Assembly (NCBI GenBank): GCA_964016885.1
Contig: OZ024743.1
Span: 273,172,001 to 273,236,000, forward strand
DNA: 64,000 nucleotides
Direction: 5' to 3'
Origin: Eledone cirrhosa
Taxonomy: Eukaryota
Of this stretch, positions 27,751-40,300 are shown piece after piece. Made by a program: the position numbers and the translations under genes. Position 1 is the first letter of the stretch. Every line of letters begins with the position of its first letter. The notes below the pieces were generated by a model, which had not been told where the DNA came from, did not search any database, and saw only the letters and a list, made by a program, of their open reading frames with translations.

Positions 27751-28524
27751 TACTGCCATATATATATAACGAAGGAAATGTGGTGAGGAACCAGGTGGAC
27801 CATAACGCACCAAAGTACTCAATACTTAGTGTAGTAGAGTGGGTAATAGGAACCAGTAAGACACCGACAGCTGAGCTCAAGCCGTTTCGACGACTAATTC
27901 TGGACTAAATGAAAATTTATCCTGGTATATAAATAGCCGAGCTTCTCAAGGGGTAATTCCATATATAGTCAAATTGATTGTCACAAGGATTGGTCACAAG
28001 TTAGTAGTAATTCTGTGATGGCAAATTAGTGGGGGAGAGGGTGGCTAAATCTGCCAGTAGGAGAAAAAGGGGAGGGGGTGGAGTAGACCCAATCATGCGT
28101 TGGCAGTGCCGGCTACAGCTGGGCATGAGGTCAAAGAAGATACTAGGGAGGGGAGGGGGAGGAAGTCGAAACGGTAAGTAGAACAATGAAGGGTAAAAAT
28201 ATATATATGAATAAAAAAATACTGAGAGTGATAAAAAGCGAATAAATGTAAATAAAAAAATATAAGCAATGTCTACGACCTAAGTCTCTAGCTATTGCTA
28301 GGCTAGATAAATAAAGAAATAAAGAAATAAAGAAATAAAGAAATAAAGAAAGAAATAAAGAAATAAAGAAATAAAGAAATCATTCTACTGACATGTCTTA
28401 AGAAGCTGTTTGCACAATTGCAAACAAATCGAATATTATTATTAATATTCGAAAAACTCAGATTTATATTTCTTGTATTCAGCTATAGCCATGTAGAGCA
28501 ATAAAACTATTTGTTATATATATA

Positions 28525-28800
28525 TATACAATGATATTAAATAAATGGAAACTATATTTATAAAACCATATTTATTTTATCATATATATTTCAAGGGTAC
28601 CAAAACGCTTTGGCACGCTTTCTTCAGATACAATACAAAGTTTGTTTTATAAATAGAGACATACCCATGAAACATTTAATATCATTTAATGTCATTGAAT
28701 ATTTACTCCAGGAATTTGTTGAGTGCTCTAAATCAGTTATAAACATTTATATTTATATTTATATTTGTTGGATTTCCAACAAATTAAATACCCCTTCTAT
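28525..28800. mobile_element. PLE pLTR remnant (inverted halves) with degenerate HHR at 28573-28635 (-)
   Basis: Minus strand: CTGAAGA...CCCTT-GAAA-TATATA-TG (G at the cleavage position); plus-strand pLTR 3' part ACTCC..TTGTTGAGTGC..ATCAGTTATAAA. Confidence 0.65.
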
Positions 28801-28821
28801 TTATATATATATATATATATA

Positions 28822-29520
28822 AAGTTCTCACAGTTTCTTTAATATTTCATTAAAGACTCTGCTATATGCATTTAGATTTATACCTGTGGTCATTGGGGTT
28901 CTGGGAAATGTTCGTAACTGGTTCAGAATAAACATTGAAAAGACGGGCTTCACAGAACACAAGAGAACATGACTAGTTAAGAAGTTACGCATTCAATCCA
29001 TTAATGGAACTGTAAAAATATGTAAAACTTTCCAAAACGTCTGCCTGTAATAAATGCACATACACATACACATGTAGCGATACAAAACATATGCACGTGT
29101 ACACATATAACTCAAAACTTATAGATCCAGACACACAATAACCTCCATGCCTGCACACACACACACATGCGCGCGCGTGCACACACACACACACGCATGC
29201 ACACATTCATAAATATTTACCTAGTTGATGTCTAAATTCTAATGAAAGTGTCTTGTGTTAGAAAGCGGCTCTCTCTGTATTGGGAAACGTCTATAAAATA
29301 ATTGTTTCTACTTTGGGCATAAGGCCAGCAAATACCCAGTTCGTTACTGGTACTTTATTTTATCGACCCCGTAAGGATGAAAGGCAAAGTCAACCTCGGC
29401 GGGATTTGAACTCAGATCGTAAAGGGACGTAACTATGCTGGAAAGCATGGCGTCCGACCCTCTACCGATACAGCCAATCCACCGCCCTGTCTATAAAATA
29501 ATGAAACCAGAAGAACATAA
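28822..29520 (+). mobile_element. R4/Dong-clade 3' fragment interrupted by a SINE
   Basis: TTTAGATTTATACCTGTGGTCATTGGG...CAATCCATTAATGGAACTGTAAAAATATGTAAAACTTTCC matches ~63420-63590; AAACCAGAAGAAC resumes after the SINE. Confidence 0.8.
29299..29487 (-). mobile_element. tRNA-derived SINE (young copy, probable TSD GTCTATAAAA(A)TAAT)
   Basis: Family consensus; the flanking sequence is duplicated on both sides. Confidence 0.9.
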
Positions 29521-31029
29521 ATACCTATGTAATAGCTACATCTCATTTTGGGGAATATCCCACCTCTTGAACTTCTTTTCTTAAATGGATTGGCACGAGC
29601 ATGATTTTTAGCCCTGTTAACCAACGACATATATACCTTTCCGTTTAGAAAGAAAACAGAAAAGGCCACGCTCACGAGTCAGGTGAAAGCAGTTTAGATC
29701 AAGTGATGCTTGTGTTTGAAGCTTTGTTAAGTGAACAACGGTGACAGGTATACAAAACGAAGAACATATCAACATCATTCGCTGTCATTGAGTCACGGGT
29801 TTTGCATCAGAGTTAGTTTTCTTTTTGCTAGGATGATCTCCTAATAAAAGTTAGAGGTCTCTCATTCCCGGCGGACTAATCCCGCGCTCGTGCACTAAAC
29901 TGAGTGTTTCTATGTTCCCGCGCATACAAACATATATACATATGCTTATACATATTCTCAATTGCATTGTTCAAAAATGTCAAAAAAATTATAGATCTCC
30001 ATATGCTAAAACAGATTTCCCCTTTCTTCGTTAACCATTGTGGAACAGGATTCATTTTATATATCATGACTCCGTCATCGATTTTTAGCAGCTTTGCTCA
30101 GCCATCACAGAAGATCAGAAACATTTTCCCCTTCTCAGTGGGTTTTACAATTTAGATGATATCGCAAATATTTTTACATTGCTATTCATATTCGGCCATT
30201 AAATGCATGCACAGATTTCCTAATATACATTTGCTTTTTATTTACCGATATGATTATGCAGTTTCATTTTTAAAATGCCTAAATACTAAGGGCTAGCAAA
30301 TCAGCTCAGTAGCAGTGCGGTTATAGAGATCACGTTGCTCAACATGCCGATGAGCCGTTCGGTAAAGATATTATATCACATAGTATTTTAAAACACATTT
30401 TCATTTCCTCTAACATGATATAGATTTCAATTTTCATTCTATGAAAAACATGTGCAAGATTGTAAGTTTGCTCATAATGAATGAAATCAATAACAACGAA
30501 TCCAACTAATTGATACGAACGTTTCTTGTTATTCAAATGGCCCTTGGGAAAATTTATAGTTATCGCTGAATGTGGTTGAAGAATATAAGCACACCTCGAG
30601 GCAGTTTTCTTGGCAGGATGTACTAATATTGACATAGACAGTGTAGCGGAAACTACAGGCACACATATAATGTTATTAGACATCTTTGTACATAAAATGT
30701 TCTAGTTCGGTTTGATTTTCCAACTGAATCTGAACAGGATACATTAATGTTTGAAAGAAAATTAGGTTTGTTGCTCACATGAAATTTGGCATGAACAAAA
30801 CTGTTTACATAGTCACTAAACACAGTTTTTGAAAGAAAACAAGGCATACTACCAGCAGACATTCGATATTATATATATATATATATATATACGCGAAAGC
30901 ATAGTTGTGTGTTTATGGAGTTAACTTCGCAACAACGTGATATAGGGTTTATTCCCGATATGCAGTAACTTGAACGTGCGCCTTCTACTTTACGCCTCGG
31001 TTATAGCAATGCTTTCTACACACACACAT

Positions 31030-31061
<32 letters not shown>

Positions 31062-31318
31062 GTAGAAGACGGTCTGATCGAACCACTATATGAGGTCTGA
31101 TAGTATACTGTTACATAACTGCTAGAGATCAGACAATATGTCAATATTATCAACCCTTACCTTTTATTTTCTGCATTAATCCTTTGTGGTACTGTCTCTA
31201 TTTTTTATACCCCTGATAAAGCATGAAACTAAAATAATAATTGTTTCTACTTTTGAACTTAGACAGTATAGGGACGTAACTATGCTAGAAAGCATGGCGT
31301 CCAACCCTCTAATAATAA

Positions 31319-31503
31319 TAATTGTTTCTACTTTAGGCACAAGGCCAGCAATCACCAGTGCATTACTGGTACTTTATTTTATCGACCCCGTAAGGATGAA
31401 AGGCAAAGTCAAACTCGGCAGGAATTGAACTCAGATCGTAAAGGGACGTAACTATGCTGGAAAGCATGGCGGCCGACCCTCTACCGATACTGCCAATCCA
31501 CCG
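31319..31503 (-). mobile_element. tRNA-derived SINE (plus an internally deleted copy at ~31238-31310)
   Basis: Family consensus. Confidence 0.9.
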
Positions 31504-31684
31504 TTCTAATAATAATAATAATATATATATATGCGAGAAAAACCACAGACCCTCCATCTCAATCCTACTTTTGAAAAGCATAAGAACTATGAAACCGGTA
31601 AAGGACACAAATGAGTATTCTTAAAAAGATTCCATCTGCATTTTCGATTCCATCTTTTTTCCTTATATATATATTATATATCAC

Positions 31685-31870
31685 CTTGACCGACCAGTCT
31701 GTCGGGCGTCAGTCGGCACCGCTGGACACACACGCCGTGCTGTTTTAGCAATAAGATGACGCCATCCCACTGGCTGGGCGGGCAAGCCGGTACTCATTTC
31801 TACAGCTGCGTGAACTGGAGCAACGTGGAATAAAGTGTCTTGCTCAAGGAAACAACACATCACCCGGTCT
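31685..31870 (-). mobile_element. Second SINE family with CORE-like segment
   Basis: Minus strand GTGTTGTTTCCTTGAGCAAGACACTTTATTCCACGTTGCTCCAGTTCAC resembles the CORE motif CCTTGGGCAAGTCACTT. Confidence 0.55.
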
Positions 31871-31890
31871 ACACATCACCCGGTCTAAAA

Positions 31891-32150
31891 CTAGAAATTG
31901 ATTAACATATAAATAAACATGAATAATCACACATAGCTAGGTAGGTAACTAAATAAAGTTGACCAGGACTTCAAAAATAGATACCTTATAATATGATTAA
32001 TCAGGGAAAATTAATCATATTATAAGATATCTATTTTTGAAGTTCTGGTCAACTTTATTTAGTTACCTACCTAGCTATGTGTGGTTACACACTTGTAAAA
32101 CTTATCTCCTGTGATTATTCATGTTTATTTATATGTTAATCAATTTCTAG
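31891..32150. repeat. Near-perfect palindrome (about 110-bp arms, 8-nt loop)
   Basis: CTAGAAATTGATTAAC...TATGATTAAT-cagggaaa-ATTAATCATA...GTTAATCAATTTCTAG; ~30-nt insert in the right arm. Confidence 0.85.
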
Positions 32151-32284
32151 TTATTATAAAATGCTCGGACCTATTCGTTACAATCTTAGAGCTTATTTTG
32201 CCGGTCATATGTCGCATGTCTTTCTGGCATGACACCCATAATTTTGATTTAGATTAAATTCATTTGATTTATCTTAATTTTGGA

Positions 32285-32340
<56 letters not shown>

Positions 32341-32342
32341 TA

Positions 32343-32765
32343 TATTGTTATATTTTGGAAGGATCATGCTGCCAATAAAAATAAACGGAACTGTTGGTTT
32401 TCACTTTAGTTTATTATAAATTTCCGGTCGGTTGGTTTCTTTGAGAACCGGATGGTTGTTTCTATATTGTCGAATCTCTTTCGTCACACATGCTATACCC
32501 TCCTCAGATACTGGATTTTTAATTTGTGTCTTTCTTATTCTGTCCTGCACCATCTTGTTTTTGATGGTGGAGGACAGAACAAGGGACAAAACCCAGTCAC
32601 TGAGGTTACAGACTGTGTGATGAAAGTGCTTTGACAATACATAAATAACCATCCGGTTGTCGAACCAACAAACCTACCGGAAATTTATAATAAATTGAAG
32701 TGAAAAATCCTCGCGTGCGCGTGTCTTTATTGGCAGTATTACTCTCGCAAATTATAGCAATTTCT
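32343..32765. repeat. Imperfect inverted repeat with degenerate HHR-like motif (32596-32634, +)
   Basis: TTTATTATAAATTTCCGGT...AACCGGATGGTT vs AACCATCCGGTT...ACCGGAAATTTATAATAAA; GTCA-CTGAGGT...GAAA-GTGC-TT-TGAC. Confidence 0.55.
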
Positions 32766-32816
32766 GTTTCAACACACGTTTTCAGATAAGACATCTTGCA
32801 ATACAAATCTAAAAAC

Positions 32817-32899
<83 letters not shown>

Positions 32900-34985
32900 A
32901 GATAGAGAGAGACCACGAGAGAGACAGGGAGAATACATTGACACTTACAAATGTATGTCAAGTTATTCCGTTCATATTCAGGATCTGTATGCAAATTAGA
33001 TTAGTCTCTTGAGAAATTAATGACTCAGAATCACACAATCAATGAATGTGAGAGGTGAAGAACTTTATGAAATTTGCATGAAATATCCATAATGAATAGT
33101 ATTGCTACAATAGCGTAACTGATGTTATTGACAAGATGGCAATCATGACGAATATGCATAGAAGCACTTAATGTTTACAGTGACATCGATATGTGAGTGT
33201 AACATAAAATGTCAGCATAGTGCATTACTGATACGATAGATCTCAGAACCTGTGTTGGCAACACGGTTTCAATTTCTGGTTGTTGGATTTCCATCTCCTT
33301 TGTATTAATATCGTTTTTTTTTGTCAGTAAAAGTATATCTGTCACCAAATTTCATTTATCTTTAGATGGACATGGACATGTATGGCTCTATAAGGAATCG
33401 TAAAATACCTAGGAGGTAAAAAATGAACCAATCCGAAATATAGTCTATGATGCTCCCCAACATTAATTAGAAATACTGATGCAATAAGGAGAAGATAAAT
33501 TTTGCTCAGTGATTTATAATATCGTAATCATGATGTAGGAGATCTTTGGACACATCCAGTCTTGGTTACACATCTAAGATAAATCATATACTTTATCGTT
33601 CCTCCTAAGGAAATCATTAATTTAAATTAGTTGTGAAAACAATCCGCATATTAAAATAGAAACTACAAACCATTAAGGTTAATTACTTAAAATCAACATC
33701 CGCACGGAAATTTACAGTAAACCAGGGGCAAATTTAGTTTATAATTTTTATATAATCTAATTGGAAATACTAATGTTGTGAGGCATCGTGGAAACAGGAA
33801 AAAAAATCATCAGGTGACTTCCATCTTAACCTTCCTTACCATCTTGCATTAAATGCACTGCCTAAAATATGCTAACTCCTGCTTAACTGTTAAATTCAAT
33901 GCAAATTGAATTCAACTGTTAAGCCCATTGATTTGATGCCGCTTTCTAACAATCCCGTACGTAGTATCTCTATTTTTTGTCTCTCATATTTTCGCTCTCC
34001 GTTATATCGCTCCCACGTTCACGCACATACACCTATTCACTCACTCACTACGAAACCCGAGAAGAATGATATATGAAATTGGGTCAATCACCGTGTCCAT
34101 ATTCTTTAAGAAATGTGCATATTACAAAAAGATTGGTCGGCAGAATTAATAGATTGCGGACATGGACAGATTTATGTGTTGTATGATACGATAAAGAACA
34201 GTTTTATAAAAGCCATTTCATGCAGAAACATTCGTTATCGAGTTTTCTCATTACTTTGATCATATCTTTTCAGCCAGTTGTTCTTATTTAACTACAAGCC
34301 AATCCTGATCAGACTAGCCATTTGAACAAGGCAGGCCAGCTTCGTCCTTCCCAGCTGTTGAGACTTTCTGTCACCTACTAGATTATCGTATTTTTGTTTG
34401 TTTGTTAAAAGTAAGTAGGCTGGGACTTAGGGCAGATGTGGCTGCTATTTCTGGCATGTATGAGATAATTTACTTTCTCCTTCAATTTCTTCACCACTTC
34501 TCAATTAGTAATCAACTGCAAATTTAGAATTTTCAAGGTTCATATTGTTGACGGTGATGGTAGTACTAGACTTACTGTCTCCTCGGTAGGCTAATCATAT
34601 AAAATAGATATGGTTACATTCTAGGCAATCACTGTCATAACAATTATGAAAAATTAGAATTGTCAGATCTAAATCATTAGTGTGCATTTATTATATTTTT
34701 GTAAATTCCTGTTCGTTGGGCAAGTAAGATAGCTCTGTTGATTATAGTGTCATGCTGATAATGTGAATGTTGTGGGTTCGTTCCTTACACAGAATACCTG
34801 TTAATTTTATTTCTTTTTATTTCTTTCTATCTAGGGTCACATATTTAACTTATATTACCATAACATCGAGATGGAACTTCATCTTTACAACATGAACATA
34901 AAACGAATTTGAGCATACTATATTGTATATATTAAGTCAAATCCTTTTTTATTGTTTTTTTCCTGATTAATATGAATCCTCAATG

Positions 34986-35184
34986 GCGCGGTGGATCGGC
35001 AGAATCAATAGAGCGTTGGATAAAATGAATTGTAGCATTTATTACGGCTCTTTATATTTTGAGTTCAAATCCAGTCTAGATCAATTCTACATTTCATCAT
35101 TCCATGGTCGATAACATTAAGTGCCGCATAACGATGTTCACCTCTCCACGAAAATAGCTGGCCTTGTGTCAAATTAGAAACCAT
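34986..35184 (+). mobile_element. Old tRNA-derived SINE
   Basis: GGCGCGGTGGATCGGCAGAATC...GAGTTCAAATCC...TTTCATC...GGTCGATAA...GGCCTTGTG. Confidence 0.65.
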
Positions 35185-36685
35185 TAAGAAACATTGAATG
35201 CAAGTGTGCATACAGAAGGAAATTAGAGATTTTTCGTCAAGTATAGTGTTTCTGTGTAAATATTTCCTCATAGTAATTACAATTCTATTAACTAGAACAT
35301 ATTTTCCTTACCCCCCCCCCCCCATTATATATATATATGTAAGGGCACGTGCCTTAGGGGTTAGGGTATTCGACTCAGTCGTAAATTACAGAGTCTGTTT
35401 CCCCGACCAATTGCTGTGTTGAGCATGACAATTTTAATAAGAGGCTGTGAACATGCGTTTACTATATTGTATGTAAAAAAAAACGAGAAAGGATTAATAT
35501 GTGTTTACCGTTTAGGTTTTTGAAAAATACCTAATTAGGAATATATATTGGTTTTTCATTTCTCTCCATCAATCTTCCTGTTGCAGAGACGTTCTTCTTT
35601 CAGGTTTCGTCAAATTGCATATTTCTTTCGACATTAATATTGACATCCACTATTAATTACAGGTAATTCGTGGAACAGCGTATGTACATTCTTTAACGGT
35701 CATTTCCTTCATTTGTTGTTCAATTGCATTCATTTCACGATTGTTCATTTGTTTCTATGCACATTATTGGCCCAAAGGAAAAGTTAGTGACAGTCAATTC
35801 TTCCGAATGCAATTCCACTAAATCACGAACACATGTATCGTCTATTTCATTCATTTGCAATTCTCGCTTAGATTTTTACTTTGCTGTTGATACATTCAAG
35901 TCGTTTTATCATTTCCGCTTAATAATCTAGTATAATAATAGGCTCCTTTTTTTTTTCTAAATACCGGAACATTTCTAATCAGTATTCGTATTATTCATAG
36001 TTATTGAGGTTCGTCTTCGTGTTGTATTTTCAAGTATATTACCATACTAATCGTGATAAAGCCTACACTTTATATTGTTTGCATTGTGGCTGTTGCAGCA
36101 GGGACATCATAAAATCTTTAAAAAAACACATGTTTACTCAGATCCATCAACGCATTTTAATTTCTCTTTATAAGGGAGAGGTGCATATAGCCAAACGGGA
36201 TCATAAGTAAGATCTAAATGTCAGGTATTCACCAAACAACTGCTGCATCGAATGAATTGCTATAATACATTGTTTTATATTATATTACATGAAGTTAATT
36301 TGAGCGTACAAAATCTGAACCACTAAACCGTTAGTGCGTAAGACTGTTATAATGGGTTGAAACAATTTGGGTGTGTTGAATTTAGTTATGCTTATATTTT
36401 GGTGCACATTTACAAATATATGCAAATGTCTATATATTATATAACAATATTTTAACGTTTGTGTTTTAACGTTCATGCATATGAGGTTTATAAGCATTAT
36501 TGTATAGAATCATGTGTCTGTGTGTATGCGCACTCTTCGCTCATTGTTTACAATTTAGTAAATGAGAAAATAAGATAAGTCCTATACACTTTATATATGT
36601 ATTGAAAAGACATTGTATTTCATATAAATTAAATTTATAATCATAATTATAATGATAAAAATAGTAAACTAATAAGTTTTATTGT

Positions 36686-37315
36686 AATAGTTGTTTCTAC
36701 TTTTGGTATTAGGCCTGAAATTTTGTGGGGAGGGGAAAGCTGAATAAGAGGACCGAGTACTTGTATGGTACATTATTTTATTGATCCCGGCATGATTTAA
36801 CCGAAGAATGTAACGGACCATAAGTAAATGCCGGTTAACAGTTTACTTGATACTCGAACGATCTTATCAATCCACAGCTTTACGTTTTTTTAAATACATT
36901 TTTATTTTGGAACAAGGCGAGCAAATTGTTGAGAGGAGGAAAACTGGATTAAATCAACACCAGTGTGTAACTGGTACTTTAATTAATCGACCCCGCAGGG
37001 ATGAAAGGCAAATCTAACCTCGGCGGCATATTACTGCAGAACGTAAAGGACCGCAAATATGCCGCAAAGCATGTTGCCCGCTTCTGTTTTGTAATAGTTG
37101 TTTGTACTTGAAGCACAAGGCCAGCAATTTGAAGTGTAGCGGAAAATTGATTAAATTGACCCCAGCGCGTGACTAGTACTTTCTTTTATCGATCCCGTAA
37201 GGATGAAAGGCAAAGCTAATCTCGGCAGGATTTGAACTGAGAACGTAAAGGAGCGTAACTCTATGCTAAGAAGCATGGTGTCCGACGCTCTAGCAGTGCA
37301 GCCAATCCATTGCCT
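36686..37315 (-). mobile_element. Three head-to-tail SINE copies of differing divergence
   Basis: Three consecutive ...GTAC...TCGA(C/T)CCCG... units at ~36690-36880, 36905-37080 and 37095-37315. Confidence 0.75.
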
Positions 37316-40300
37316 TCTTTCTGTTTTGTAATAATGACAATGATGTATATACGGAATGGAATCGTCTGCAAAGGATTGAAATAATTCAGATTACGAGTTA
37401 TCAATTTAACAGGAGAGAAAACCAGAGTAGATTAATTCATTCTTATTACAATTATGATTATAAATTTATGATATACGATGCCAGTTAGCTTTATATAAAG
37501 AATAGTTGCATTATTCTATTTATTAATAGTGGAATCCGAGCGAAGCGTAATATTTTTAACACAGCACTGACACTTGCTGGAAGTGAGCTTATCTGCTATA
37601 ATATATACTCGTAAAGTTTAGTGACCAATCGTTGTTGCAGCTGTGGTAATGCAGAGGCAGTTGAAACTGTTCAGCGTTGTTTGCTATTTGTTGTTTATAA
37701 TAAGTATCTTCCTTCATAATATACTTTTTCTGTGAGAGGTAGAAACGACGATCGTTCTCATAAAGGCACCATAAACATTTATGAAATTATGCGAGGTTTC
37801 GAACATTTCTGTGAAAATTTTAACTAAATGCAGGTAACGTTGTCTCATTAATGATATTTGCTTAATGTATCGTTTAAGGAGATAACATTTTATTTCAGAG
37901 TAACTATGGCTACTAATACTAACAGATCCATCGACCAAATAAACGCTCCAAATCGTTAATGTTTTAACATTAATGTTTTAATCAGAAATCCCGATAAAAT
38001 ATCTGACTTCAAAGACGCAGCTCTTTGTTGTATTTTTATGTTGTTATATTTTAAAGACATGATCGATGATTTTGTCGAGCAGATTATGTTAATTTTTATA
38101 TTAATATTTTTATAATATATTTTCAAATACTGATGTTTAGCATTGGCACAATATAAAAATGTATAGTTCGGTGTCCTGGGGGGAGGGGGGGGGGGGGGCA
38201 TATATAACATGCGAGTCTTTACCACAATAAAGTTGTTTAACCAGTAAAATTCAATCCGTAATGTAATAGAGATTATTAGCGTAAATGATTATTCATGTAC
38301 AGAAAGTAACTAGAAATATACCCAAGATTCTCATTTCTCAAAGTAAATGTGTGCATGCATTAATAAATCTAAAATTTAGAATGGGCTATGAAAATTCAAG
38401 ATATGTGTTAGTCTTATTGGGCATCCACAGCGCGAAGTCTAGACCTTTTTGTACCTATCAGCCTTTACCATATTTCTATATATGTATTAGTTTCGATTCA
38501 ATAAATCATAATTATCGATGAGTGTTATAAAATAATGAAAACGATGGGTATATATATACACGTGAGATGAAAACAAATAATGTTATTAAGGCCATACACA
38601 TCCTGTGAAATAATCCCATTTCGTTAGTTTAACTTTCCTAAACAAGGATTGATTGCTTTTTATACTCGAAAGCATCATATTCTCTCGGCTATTTTAAAGT
38701 CTAGTGAATACAGGTACAAGACCTAAGACCGAAAACATGTCTGAAATTCAAATTGATTAAACTCTGAATGGGAACATACAGTTGAGCTTGAATCAAACCA
38801 TTGGTCAGATCAGGGGTGCTTTCTGCATTAGTAAAATATTTATTTTATTGTTTTGTTCCCATACTTTATATAGTGAACTAGAGTCAATTTGAATTTCTGA
38901 CGGTCTTTCTTCACAAGAATTATCACCAATGCAGATGAAATTTTCTTTTCATTGCAGATGTAAACATTCCATTTGACTCAATGCATTAATTATGTTAGCC
39001 CACGCTTAAATATTCAGTGTTTATTACATAGATATGTCTGCTATGATATATAGTATTATTAATTTCCAGCTGCATTTACAAGAAATTTAAATAACTGTAT
39101 ACTTATGAGGATATATTCACGTGTATGGTATACTCTTAAGTATTTATAATTGATTATATAGCAGTAAGTGGTGCTTTTGCATCTTATCAATAATTCACGT
39201 TTCTCATAAGCAAATAGTCATATCTTAGCTAGTTGAAACTGAGACGTCGTTTCAATTCTTGTCTGCAGCCTTTCACAATTTGTGCATGTCAAAAAACGTT
39301 AGAGAAAGTCATGTGTATTCATCAAAGGAGATACCATTAAAAAAATCAAAACAAAGAAATAATTTATGTTGTTCTCTCGAAAATATGAAAGTAGAACGAA
39401 GACAAGTCTGTGGTCCGCTTTCGATTCCGAATTGTTTCAATTACATTCATGTTCTAACTTTTTCAGGAAATATTATAGCTGTCAACAAATCACACACACA
39501 CACGCGCGCGCACGTTTAATGGCCAATATACCTGTTGAAAAACACCTGAGTCTGAAATGCTTTGTTACAAATACCCTTTTACACCATTTCTAACGGCTCG
39601 CTCTTATTTTTCACTTTTCGGTGTTTACTTTGAATATATATTTGCAGTATCATCCGTTTCTCTTATTAAATTGGAAGCAGAACCAGTGGCATATCTTTCA
39701 ATAACGCTTATTTCCAGAATAATGTTCCGTTCAAATTCCGCAGACATTGATTTTCCATCTATTAAGGCGTAGGTCTATGATTAAAAGATATTTCTGTTAA
39801 GGCAACATTACTAGGTATTAAATGATGGTGATAAGGATTTTGTTCAAATCACACGGTGTTTTGATTCTACGTTAAAATCCTGTTTAATTCAGTTACACAT
39901 GTAATCATTTTAGGATGCATTGCTATTTGAATACCCATTTTTCTCACATCATATATCATAAGCAAAGCGGAAAATTTGTAACGTCTTTACAACTCATGTT
40001 AAAAGCTTTGCTGTATATATCCGACACTTGAGTTCAAATGCCTCAAATTTCCCTTTCATAATTCACAGTCGATTAATAAAGTGCCATTACACTACCTGGA
40101 TCGATTTCTCTATATCTCTTTCTTTCTTATCCCCCCCCCCCCACCTCACTTCATCTTCAAGACATAGGCTACGTAGAAGCATGGGCACAATTAGGTTTAC
40201 ATGCCATGATGATACCCCTGTAACTCCTTTAAGGGTTAAGGCTTTATGGATAGCTAGATGGAGACCATATGGAAGTCATGCTTAATCAAAACGAACTCAA

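Noticed and set aside
30339-30862. Possible host exon(s) on the minus strand
   Set aside because: No recognisable domain and no convincing splice context.
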